This document shows, one piece after another, positions 17,401-23,958 of a stretch of DNA of 38,197 nt. A program made the translations under genes and the position numbers. The notes under the pieces are model-generated. The model saw nothing but the letters and a program-made list of their open reading frames with translations, was not told where the DNA came from and did no database searches. Source of the DNA: Candidatus Microgenomates bacterium (GTDB taxonomy: Bacteria; Patescibacteriota; JACPGU01); the NCBI GenBank assembly GCA_016188915.1, contig JACPGU010000004.1, positions 1-38,197 of the forward strand. The letters are read 5' to 3'. How positions within the stretch are numbered: the first letter of the stretch is position 1; each line of letters begins with the position of its first letter.

Positions 17401-19590
17401 ACGGTTTTGCAGGTAGCTGGCAGTAATTTGACCGGCAAAAATATTACTCTGATCGCGCAAACCGGCTTTACCGCCAAGGCGCCACAGTCGCAATCTATCA
17501 CACCGGGCAATGCCACGACTTTCAACGACACTACTAATGGTGTATCGCTGGAAATTCCCGCTAATACACTCGGATCTGATTCCTCGGCCAATACTTCTCT
17601 GACCGTCACGGAAGTAGCCGCTCCTGAAACTGGTGTCAAAGCACCACTTGGGGGAGTAGGCGATGAAGTTTCGGCGACCAAGAAAGTTTCAGCAAGTGAG
17701 TCGCAATCTATTACTACCTTTGACACTGGTTCAGCTACCATTACCCTCACCTACAGTGATGCCGATATTCCGGCCGGAATTTCAGAAAGCCAGCTTACTT
17801 TGAGCTATTATGATACGACCGCCGGCCAATGGACGGAAATCCCTGCTATTCAAGACACCACCCTCAATACTTTGACGGGTACGACCACTCACTTCTCGAC
17901 TTTTGCGCCGACCTATCCGACCGGCACCAATCCGCCTTCTACCCCCGGTACTCCGTCCGGTACGGCAGGTAATGGTTCGGTAGCTCTTTCTTGGACAGCT
18001 TCTACTGACGATATTGGTTTGGCGGGATATGAGGTTTATCGTTCTACTACGTCTGGTGGCACCTATACCAATATTTCCGGCGATGTAGATGAAAATGGTG
18101 GCTGGTATCCAGCTCGCCTGGTCGCTGGGACTTCCTATACTGACAGCACTGCCTCTAATGGCACTACTTACTATTACAAAATTTCCGCTTATGACGCGGC
18201 CGGCAATCAATCCACTTCGTCTTCAGCTTCAGCTGGGCTTACTCCTGCTGGCGGAGGCGGAGGAGGCGGAGGAGGAGGGTATATCGCGCCAACTCCATCC
18301 AATACGATCAACGGCTCGGTAGTGGCCACCAAGGGCTTGGGCGGTATTACAACTCTAACCAACAGTGATTCTACCGCGGTCAAAATGACTGTTCCGGCTA
18401 ATGCTGTAACCAACGATACTACCTTTGCTGCTACTGCTATTTCTGCCACTGACGCAACCGTCATTCAGCCAGCTACCAGTACCAATCTATCTGTCGTTGG
18501 CAAGGTCTACAATCTAAGCGCTAAACAGGGCAGTACTGCCGTAACAGTATTTGCTCAACCAGTAACACTAGAATTTACCTACAAAGATACCGATATCCCA
18601 ACTGGCGTTACGGAAAATAATATCGCTGTTTATTACTTTGACACTACTTCTAACAGTTGGGTCAAAATAACCACTTCCTCTATTGATAAAACGGCAAATA
18701 AAATTACCATCTTAGTAGAACACTTTACGCAATTTGCTATTTTGGCTGATACGACCCCGGCTTCACAGACACCGGTCGAACAAACGGCAGGGGAGACGCC
18801 AGCAACACCAACGACAGGAGTCACTCCTTCCAATAATCCGGCAGAATATAATTATGAATATGTTTCCCAGAGCGTCTATCCGACTATCGCGCCTTTGGCT
18901 TCCCAAAGTGTAACCATCAAATTGAAAAATACCGGCACGGCTACTTGGTACAAAACCGGTAGTTATCCTGTCAGACTCGGTACCTCGCACCTCAAAGACA
19001 GGACAAGCAAATTCCACGATGAGACCAATTGGCTCTCCGGCAACAGAGTTGCTTCCTTCCAAGAGGCTAGTGTTGCTCCGGGGGAGACAGGTACTTTCAC
19101 CTTCAATATGACCGCGCCTCTTAATAAAGGTAGCTACAAGGAATACTTCCAGCCGGTCGTGGAAGGACTAGCTTGGTTAAAGGATATCGGTATTTTCTGG
19201 ACGGTAACAGTGGACGAAACCTACAGCGCCAAATGGATGGGGCAAGGATTCAACTCCGGCACCAATACTGATGGTACTAAAACTGTCTGGATAGAATTCC
19301 AGAATACCGGTACCGCGACTTGGAAAAAGACAGGGGACAATCCGGTGCGCCTCGGTACTTCTCACGAGAAAGATAGGGCTTCGATGTTTGCCGATTCTTC
19401 CTGGCTTGCTACCAATCGCGTAGAGCTCTCGCAGACGGAAGTAAAACCGGGGGAGACAGGACGATTTGAATTCAAAATCAAAATCTCGGCCGGCAATGCT
19501 GGCACCACTTACCGCGAATACTTCCAGCCGGTAGCTGAATACCTGACCTGGATGGAGGATTGGGGAGTATATTGGGATATAGCAATCTGA
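11446..19590 (+). CDS. Giant secreted surface protein (~2,714 aa): signal peptide, Ig-like (Big_5-type) domains, lamin-tail domain, carboxypeptidase-regulatory-like beta repeats, ZU5-like domains, FN3, Gly9 linker, two NBR1-Ig-like domains
   Basis: AAGGAGG SD before ATG 11446; signal peptide ...ISPVKA; ISEIQTAGG..DEFIELYN (LTD); V.FSEAMD/FNKDMD/FSDPMD (Big_5); repeated ISGTVTDG...GTY; PSTPGTP..VALSWTASTDD..YEVYRS (FN3); KNTGTATW..PVRLGT..PGETGTF..YFQPV. Confidence 0.9.
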   Translation: MRTNFKKWITGMLSLGLLLTLIGPISPVKAGTPFIQQVRYVSPTTIDVVFSEAMDATTTQNTANYTLATSATGDNHAITSATLATTNTANDTARIVANLALISPSMSDTITIATGAGAPKSSATSTNQTDGFPMMAMLQQATVAISEIQTAGGTATDEFIELYNRTPGAVDLTNWKLKVMDSAGNEAELISNIGIASLAGNKFALFTHATGYDGTPTGDGTYSAAAIGDDSTVLLYDNNNIVRDIVGFGSAKVKQGDVITSNPAANGSLERKSHPGATAESMASGGSDATQGNNYSSSNNFYDFVTQTVAVPQSTASPAEAPVVGGGGGTGFGAGRPNIEFMPIMQWKDGADLKVIARVFDPETAESSLTTALHYKVNAGSWTSVSGFSMGSNFFKFIIPDAAFATTDTISYFLKATDGDSNDRYMTQNPTLDMSDTTTDTDAQSNPFTFSIVDGSGWARTISGTVTDSASVAVANAIVYLVGTGFSATTAGDGTYTISNVTDGIYDGRAFASSKGDMWKNGVTVNGGNATGVNFSLPASFSGGMGGDFSRPKVMFTAPFEGMSGAPENINTGFAPIMIGFNKDMDASTFVSNDNVFISTDGSTAVVGLTLTRAYDGGTKQLTLSSTTALTKGTNYVVVLTPNVKDASGNSIDGNTSSGNFIFSFTTAFDGSTFGGTGGAVFPPYVTGTTPSFGAFNVATNAKMRVIFSDPMDTSTISTTTIKVYEGASSTALSGTTVTLDTSTRKTATITTASALTASTKYTIKVFGGVKSATGIFGRQTTTEEMMRAEFTTGTATDSAAPRVAGGNLDIYKSTATCAVSAVDCITNVPGGIGVINLGFTENMDPSTITSSSVVLKKGSVEVSTTVSFDPLNNTVTIAPLTALSPLTTYTLTVATTVLDSVSNALDQDTVTAGSQGYTALFKTSDTVDTTAPTVLYAAADDFSVAVTFSKPMNASKLGDTGYTNSVLNKDNYSTIKQGAAGTDFAGGGGTAVPLTNASVTYDAMSNTAIIKGVQLTAGNDLYIVVNNAAVKDVSGNLLNGSANASTSPIKSSATTGGMIGPGGGGMMNFSSGEGSFTTMTGFGGFEASAMGTRPVGVMPMNQMAGLTSKYFIDLPVTKAIVDASTLVLTFPSGFDVTNAAKDAASPSSKDMNGPGAGTITFDNTYSSDGVSSDVLARTVTVKFDVTGTPSATDFLHLDLDGIKNSSIPKDFNTSGYTVDMKTRDSAGVQMDSSTSMPFFITAAGTYTISGTITAAGASTGTAKIFLGSPATGPMETTSIAFSNGSATYTFNNLPASDYWLSTEPSVTLGANDYFGINNSEPIRLSATNSPLTKNLTLAAASGGAAVTVNIVGTFNSLEGNIDIFAGGWSGFAVKTVELNDTYGAGSPYSTTLRIPSGSDGTWYVGVGPAMPKGAMGGMMPEMSFVPPPSQEVKVTSGTGTASPSTLTFTVSTANRTISGTVTDGTTAISNAEVFAYQPMGGFGTPPTKTASDGTFTLKVADGTYKVGAMLPGLSKPVEQSVTVSGSNVSGITLKLSKPNYTISGKMTDGTNGVSYAPVWGYNETTGEYSNTMTDSSGNYILYVNAGTWKVEGDAPGYGKMPSITVTVTTTSQSNQNLRPGSTNMATVSGTVSIGGSATSKVNVWIEGNDSSGGRFNNYTVTASDGTYSLKVPGGTGYTVRAWTPNYGDLTPVVIGAIAEGAALTGKDFTIASGATATITVKFTNTSGLSATQGFVDIFNPTTGRGSHLDIKDITSNPTAAGTIALPKTSGSDTYKAFVHIPGFGEFAPTVVSGSLAQDFTLTADSNLNFSLPTSRRTITGRVYVDTNADSDYDSGEEIREAFVWLFNKTTGSHNGTQTASDGTYTLNVSDGTYDIGVDKPSYTSPAPTALTISGNLTDQNFVLSASDRTIGGTITSDGSTALTSAWVWAEKVTSLTDLTPAGGWAGGQTDPSGVYSLAVSAGFWQVRAVAPGYQETKYKVGTTPTVLQVAGSNLTGKNITLIAQTGFTAKAPQSQSITPGNATTFNDTTNGVSLEIPANTLGSDSSANTSLTVTEVAAPETGVKAPLGGVGDEVSATKKVSASESQSITTFDTGSATITLTYSDADIPAGISESQLTLSYYDTTAGQWTEIPAIQDTTLNTLTGTTTHFSTFAPTYPTGTNPPSTPGTPSGTAGNGSVALSWTASTDDIGLAGYEVYRSTTSGGTYTNISGDVDENGGWYPARLVAGTSYTDSTASNGTTYYYKISAYDAAGNQSTSSSASAGLTPAGGGGGGGGGGYIAPTPSNTINGSVVATKGLGGITTLTNSDSTAVKMTVPANAVTNDTTFAATAISATDATVIQPATSTNLSVVGKVYNLSAKQGSTAVTVFAQPVTLEFTYKDTDIPTGVTENNIAVYYFDTTSNSWVKITTSSIDKTANKITILVEHFTQFAILADTTPASQTPVEQTAGETPATPTTGVTPSNNPAEYNYEYVSQSVYPTIAPLASQSVTIKLKNTGTATWYKTGSYPVRLGTSHLKDRTSKFHDETNWLSGNRVASFQEASVAPGETGTFTFNMTAPLNKGSYKEYFQPVVEGLAWLKDIGIFWTVTVDETYSAKWMGQGFNSGTNTDGTKTVWIEFQNTGTATWKKTGDNPVRLGTSHEKDRASMFADSSWLATNRVELSQTEVKPGETGRFEFKIKISAGNAGTTYREYFQPVAEYLTWMEDWGVYWDIAI

Positions 19591-19604
19591 TAAGAAATTA
19601 AGAA

Positions 19605-19643
19605 AATAGATGCCCATGGGCTCAAAGTCCATGGGCATCTATT
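19605..19643. terminator. 15-bp inverted repeat after the giant gene
   Basis: AATAGATGCCCATGG / CCATGGGCATCTATT. Confidence 0.7.
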
Positions 19644-19753
19644 GTATTGCTCTGCTTAAATGTTTTGGGGCGTGATAAGATAGGGGGAGTTAAAATTAAT
19701 CTACCGATGGTGCTTGTAGGTAGATAGATGAATACCAATAACTTCTTACGAAT

Positions 19754-20371
19754 ATGGAAGGACCAAACAACGAAATACCTAATGCTGAAAATAAACCTGA
19801 GAAAAAAGAGCTACCGAGTAGGCTCAAGGTTTTGGTGGTGGAGGATCAGGAGTGGCCGAAAATTTCGATTTTGAAAGCGATCAAAACAAATTTCGGCAAT
19901 TTTTTGCCTGATTTTAGAGATGGTGGAGATTTGAAGATGGTGGATAACGAGCGAGACTTGCTAACGATAATAAATGATCCTGATGCTAGTTTTGACATTG
20001 TGTTTTTGGACAACAGGATATTGGCTAGACCCTTTGATGATGGTGCTAGACCCTCTAGGCGGATTTCCCGCAACACGAGCTTTCTCGACATGGAAGGTAT
20101 AGAGAAAAACGCCTTTGCTATACATGAAGACTCTGACAACTTTATGGATGCCGACAAGATAAATGCCTATCCTTTGATTGGTGCCCTAAAGGAAAAAAAG
20201 ATGTTGGTTGTGGGGACATCATCCATGTCAGAGAGGGAGCTGGCGAGGACAGGAGATCACAAGCCCGATTTTTCTATAACCAAAATGTTCAGTGATGCTG
20301 ACGAGTCTTTGGCGGGTATAAAGGGTCAAGTTTTAGACAAACTAATAGAGGAACAAAAAGAGAAGCAATAA
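19754..20371 (+). CDS. Atypical stand-alone response-regulator receiver (CheY-like) protein with insertions
   Basis: LKVLVVEDQ (acidic pair), FDIVFLDN (phospho-acceptor Asp), LVVGTSS (Thr), FSITK (Lys). Confidence 0.65.
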   Translation: MEGPNNEIPNAENKPEKKELPSRLKVLVVEDQEWPKISILKAIKTNFGNFLPDFRDGGDLKMVDNERDLLTIINDPDASFDIVFLDNRILARPFDDGARPSRRISRNTSFLDMEGIEKNAFAIHEDSDNFMDADKINAYPLIGALKEKKMLVVGTSSMSERELARTGDHKPDFSITKMFSDADESLAGIKGQVLDKLIEEQKEKQ

Positions 20372-20404
20372 TGATTGACTGATAGCAATTTGAAGCAAAA
20401 AAAT

Positions 20405-20427
20405 AAGGGACCGCTTTGCGGTCCCTT
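20405..20427 (-). terminator. Intrinsic terminator between convergent genes
   Basis: AAGGGACCGC / GCGGTCCCTT; T-tract follows on the minus strand. Confidence 0.8.
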
Positions 20428-20439
20428 GGAATGTACTAA

Positions 20440-20832
20440 CTATATTGAGCATTTTTCATCTTGCTCTTTTTTGACCGATGTGTCGATGACGACTTCCATT
20501 TCGAAGATCTCCTCCAGCTCTTCCTTGAAGCGTGCCAGCACATTGCTGGAGACGCTCCCGTACTGGATTGAACTGCCGGTCAAAGTCATTTTCCCCTCCT
20601 TCTCTATTAAGAAGCCACCCCCCAGCACTTCATACGCTTCCTCCCTTATAAACCTTAACAGATTCTTGTGCATCTCTACATCAAGGGCATATAATCCGAC
20701 CAACCCGCTTGCAGTTATTGCGACAATGAACCTTAGTCCCTGGTAAGACATTCCTTCGTAAAGTTCCAACATTTTCCTCATGTGCTCTACGTCTTCCTTC
20801 GACATGTCAACCTTAAATTGGCATGTGTTCAT
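20440..20832 (-). CDS. Hypothetical 130-aa protein, possible Janus/Ocnus/PHPT1-like fold
   Basis: AGGAGG SD; motifs GLRFIVAI, MHKNLL, VLGGG, TGSSIQYG in the order of the PHPT1 family. Confidence 0.6.
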   Translation of the reverse strand: MNTCQFKVDMSKEDVEHMRKMLELYEGMSYQGLRFIVAITASGLVGLYALDVEMHKNLLRFIREEAYEVLGGGFLIEKEGKMTLTGSSIQYGSVSSNVLARFKEELEEIFEMEVVIDTSVKKEQDEKCSI

Positions 20833-20990
20833 TTTTTCCTCCTTAGAAATAGGTTTTTGGGCGTCTTTGACTGCCCTTAAGAAGCAGTCAAAGATAATGG
20901 TGGCTCTTTCTTTTATGTCTCCTGATTGTCAAATTGCGGCGTTTCTGTGCCCTCGCTCTTTTGGGTACCCTTTTCAATCGTTACAGTAGC

Positions 20991-21019
20991 ATTATAGCAT
21001 AGCTTAAGCTATTTGTCAA
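20991..21019 (-). promoter_or_regulatory. Consensus sigma70 promoter with palindromic spacer
   Basis: Minus strand TTGACA-17-TATAAT with TGn extension; spacer holds the perfect palindrome ATAGCTTAAGCTAT (20999-21012). Confidence 0.85.
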
Positions 21020-21176
21020 TACTTTTTTCAAAAAAACCGACACCTGTCTTTATCAATATCTCTCCGTCACTTACAGGTATATTTATCCCTTATTGACAAG
21101 GGAGGAGTAGTATGATAATATGTATTTGTCGGAAAAACCGTCAATTATTTAGACAGGACTTAGGGATCAGAATATA

Positions 21177-21959
21177 GTGATTAATGAGTGGAAAATTCAA
21201 AAAATGAGTAAACAAATAGCACAATTGAAACAACTGGGATTGGACGAAAAAGAGGCGAGGGTGTACCTTGCTGCGCTGGAATTCGGCCCTACCACAGTAG
21301 CCAAACTGTCCAGCAAATCAGGGGTGAAAAGAACTACGGTGTATGAATTTCTTGACGATCTGGTGGCGAGAGGGGTATTGATAGCTACCGTATCCGGAAG
21401 AAGGCGTTTGTATATAGCCACGCCTCCGTCCGATCTAGAAAGGCTCATAGAAAGACAAAAGGAAGCCCTGCGGGAGATAATGCCTGAATTAGTGCTTTTA
21501 GCACAAAAGGGTCCAGTTCGACCCAAGATCAAAGTCTATGAAGGTACGGAAGGGCTGAAATACGCCTGGCTAGAAGCCATTAATCATCCAGAAGGATCGG
21601 AATTAATATCTTATTCTGACTTTGACAAGATATATGAAGTTTTGCCTCGTTCTTTTTGGGAACATTGGGTAGACGTAAAGGTAAAAAGAAAAATCACCTC
21701 AAGAACCATATTGCCATCCAATAAGTATGCGAAAATTCATACAGACGAGAATAAGAGAGAACTTCGAGAGCATATTTTTGTATCGCAGGAAGATTATTCA
21801 GTACCACTAGAAGTTATTGTTTGTAATAATAGAACAGCAATGATGTCTCTAAGGGATGAGAAATTGGCCATAGTGATTGAGTCCAAATATGTAGCCGACA
21901 GTCAGAGAGCATTATTCAATCTCCTTTGGAAGCTATTAAAAAAGGAAAAGAGGAGATAG
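21177..21959 (+). CDS. TrmB-like wHTH transcriptional regulator (start GTG 21177 or ATG 21204)
   Basis: LKQLGLDEKEARVYLAALEFGPTTVAKLSSKSGVKRTTVYEFLDDLVARG N-terminal HTH; KIKVYEGTEG; PLD-like C-terminal effector domain ending AIVIES..ADSQRALF. Confidence 0.88.
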   Translation: MINEWKIQKMSKQIAQLKQLGLDEKEARVYLAALEFGPTTVAKLSSKSGVKRTTVYEFLDDLVARGVLIATVSGRRRLYIATPPSDLERLIERQKEALREIMPELVLLAQKGPVRPKIKVYEGTEGLKYAWLEAINHPEGSELISYSDFDKIYEVLPRSFWEHWVDVKVKRKITSRTILPSNKYAKIHTDENKRELREHIFVSQEDYSVPLEVIVCNNRTAMMSLRDEKLAIVIESKYVADSQRALFNLLWKLLKKEKRR

Positions 21960-21992
21960 GCACTCAAGTAAGCAAATAAACAAGTAAACAAA

Positions 21993-22020
21993 ATAGAGGC
22001 GCGATATATCGCGCCTCTAT
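21993..22020. repeat. Perfect 28-bp palindrome (REP-like)
   Basis: ATAGAGGCGCGATATATCGCGCCTCTAT between convergent genes. Confidence 0.8.
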
Positions 22021-22061
22021 GTATGTTACGTTATTCTTCCTCCAGCCAGAAGCATTCTTGA

Positions 22062-22508
22062 TCAACTTGCTTCATCCAAATATAAAAACGCTATTTTTTT
22101 GATCTTGGTTATGTTTTTGTCATTTGTTATAAAAAGCGAGCAATCATTGACTATGGCTGTAGCTAATTGGACAGCGTCTATCGCCTTGATGTTGTAGACA
22201 GCTCGCAAATAAAGCGCTTTATCTAAAATATTATAATCCGGCATTGCCACTTTGAGACCAGGCATTTGCAGGAAAAAGCTTTTGATCATAGTTAAAGTCG
22301 GGATATCTCCAGCACGCATCGCCGGTACGGCCGATTCCAGATAAGATAATCCTGAAGTAACTCCAATATTCCCCCTTTTTTCTATATTTGAAAATATCTC
22401 CCGGCATATCGCGCCATATTTTTCGTTGTTGTCTAGAAAATATATAATTATGTTGCTATCAAGGCCGATGCGCGTATGTTTGGCGAGTATGGTTTTTATT
22501 TTTCCCAT
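22062..22508 (-). CDS. vapC: PIN-domain toxin (VapC-like)
   Basis: IGLDSNIIIY, SYLE, IDAVQLATA, FITND: the four acidic PIN positions. Confidence 0.88.
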   Translation of the reverse strand: MGKIKTILAKHTRIGLDSNIIIYFLDNNEKYGAICREIFSNIEKRGNIGVTSGLSYLESAVPAMRAGDIPTLTMIKSFFLQMPGLKVAMPDYNILDKALYLRAVYNIKAIDAVQLATAIVNDCSLFITNDKNITKIKKIAFLYLDEAS

Positions 22509-22735
22509 GATAATTTTGATTTTTCAATATAGTCGCTGATGTCTATTTTGGCATAAGCCTGCTTGGCGATACCGGCATAGTAAGCGGTTGCGTTTTTTTT
22601 TGCTGGCCGCATCAAAATATAATCAGAATTTGGCACAGATATTATAAGCAGTTTGTCTTTTGCTTTTATATTTTTTTCCTTCCTGATATTGCGCGGAATG
22701 ACTATTTGATGTTTGGTGCTGACGGTGGTTTCCAT
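22496..22735 (-). CDS. vapB: AbrB/MazE/SpoVT-type antitoxin (VapB-like)
   Basis: TVSTKHQIVIPRNIRK swapped-hairpin motif; overlaps the PIN gene by 13 bp. Confidence 0.88.
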   Translation of the reverse strand: METTVSTKHQIVIPRNIRKEKNIKAKDKLLIISVPNSDYILMRPAKKNATAYYAGIAKQAYAKIDISDYIEKSKLSWEK

Positions 22736-22778
22736 TATGATAATTTATTATTTATCTTTGTTATCATTCTATCTTAAA

Positions 22779-22805
22779 GTAATACATTTTGTCAAATCGT
22801 ATTAC
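22779..22805 (-). promoter_or_regulatory. TA operator palindrome straddling the -35 box
   Basis: GTAATAC (22779-22785) / GTATTAC (22799-22805) enclosing TGTCAA (22790-22795, TTGACA on minus strand); TAGAAT 18 bp downstream on minus. Confidence 0.7.
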
Positions 22806-22988
22806 CTTCTGTCCATACTCTCCCAAATAATCTCCCACAATTTCCGAAAGACTTTTTTGGTATTATGAGCGAGGAGGCGGTCGTGTTTGAAAGTCCGCTG
22901 TATTATCTAGAAAAAACATTAACCCTTGTACCAACAGGCTAGGGATGCCCTCATTTATCAGGCGAAATCGGAGGCAATCTGTTCCTGC

Positions 22989-23744
22989 CTATTTTTGTTT
23001 TTTGAGTAGCTTCCAAAAAGAGTTAAATATAGCCCTTTGAGTATCTGCTATCTGTTGGGATTCTATAATCACGCCCAACTTTTCTTCGCCAAATGACAGT
23101 ATTGCTACTTTGTTCTTGTATATATTTATCTCATTGGAAACTGGGAAATCTTCTTTTGGTAGCAAAATGGTTTCTCTCAGCTCATCTTTATCTGATGCGG
23201 AGTGTATATTCGCATGTTTGCCAGATCTGGCTATAGCTTTTGTGAATATCTTCTTCTTTTCTACTCTTTTTTTCAGATAGTATTCTCTGAAAGCAGGTGA
23301 GAATATCTCATATACATCCTCGAAACTGGCATAAGCGAGTATCTCGGACCCTTCTTCCTGATCTAGAGTGTCTTCATATATCTCTTGGAGTCCCTTGACT
23401 CCTTCATGGAATCTGATCTTTGGCTTCTTGCTTCCGCTTTTTATGAATATCAGGGACAGATCTGGTATTACAGATAATAGCTTCTCCTTTTGCTTTTCAA
23501 GTATATTTACCAGATTTTCAGGTTCGGTAGCGGCATAAAGTGTCTTCTTGCCTACAGGAGTAGGGGATATGAGACCTTTTTCGACCATATCATCTAGAAA
23601 ACTATAGATATTGGTTCTCTTCATGCCCGTCCTCTTTGACAGATCTATAACACTAGAAGGGCTACCCTCAATGGAGGCAAGATATATCGCTATTTCTTGC
23701 TCTTTTATTCCCAATTCTTGCAATATGGCTATGACTTTTTTCAT
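22989..23744 (-). CDS. TrmB-like wHTH transcriptional regulator, paralog of 21177-21959
   Basis: LQELGIKEQEIAIYLA..TGMKRTNIYSFLDDMVEKG; KIRFHEGVKG; GVIIESQQIADTQRAIF. Confidence 0.88.
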   Translation of the reverse strand: MKKVIAILQELGIKEQEIAIYLASIEGSPSSVIDLSKRTGMKRTNIYSFLDDMVEKGLISPTPVGKKTLYAATEPENLVNILEKQKEKLLSVIPDLSLIFIKSGSKKPKIRFHEGVKGLQEIYEDTLDQEEGSEILAYASFEDVYEIFSPAFREYYLKKRVEKKKIFTKAIARSGKHANIHSASDKDELRETILLPKEDFPVSNEINIYKNKVAILSFGEEKLGVIIESQQIADTQRAIFNSFWKLLKKQK

Positions 23745-23865
23745 ATAAATGTTGTCGTCTTTTTATGACACTTTTAGTGTATAGCATGGCTCATATCTAG
23801 TCAACACCTCATTTCTTATCTGCAGAAGTGTCAACTAATTACTGTTGTAAAATGTCATTAGACTA

Positions 23866-23894
23866 TTGACATAATAGCTTGGGTATGCTATAAT
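23866..23894 (+). promoter_or_regulatory. Consensus sigma70 promoter
   Basis: TTGACA (23866-23871), 17 bp, TATAAT (23889-23894) with TGn extension. Confidence 0.85.
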
Positions 23895-23958
23895 TAAGGC
23901 ACTTAACAATTGAGAAACACATTTCTGTGCTGGCGAGCCAAAACGCTAGGAGATTGAA

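Noticed and set aside
11404-19638. Numerous antisense and alternate-frame ORFs inside the giant gene (and likewise within 24911-29542)
   Set aside because: Expected from GC-rich, stop-poor antisense frames of a long real gene.
20864-20894. Hairpin TCTTTGACTGC/GCAGTCAAAGA in the 5' UTR of the 130-aa gene as a riboswitch or terminator
   Set aside because: No U-tract on the transcribed strand and no recognisable aptamer; at most an mRNA-stabilising stem.
22855-22905. CGACCGCCTCC on the minus strand as a tmRNA/tRNA 3' end or att site
   Set aside because: No T-arm GTTC consensus, no CCA end, no cloverleaf could be drawn.
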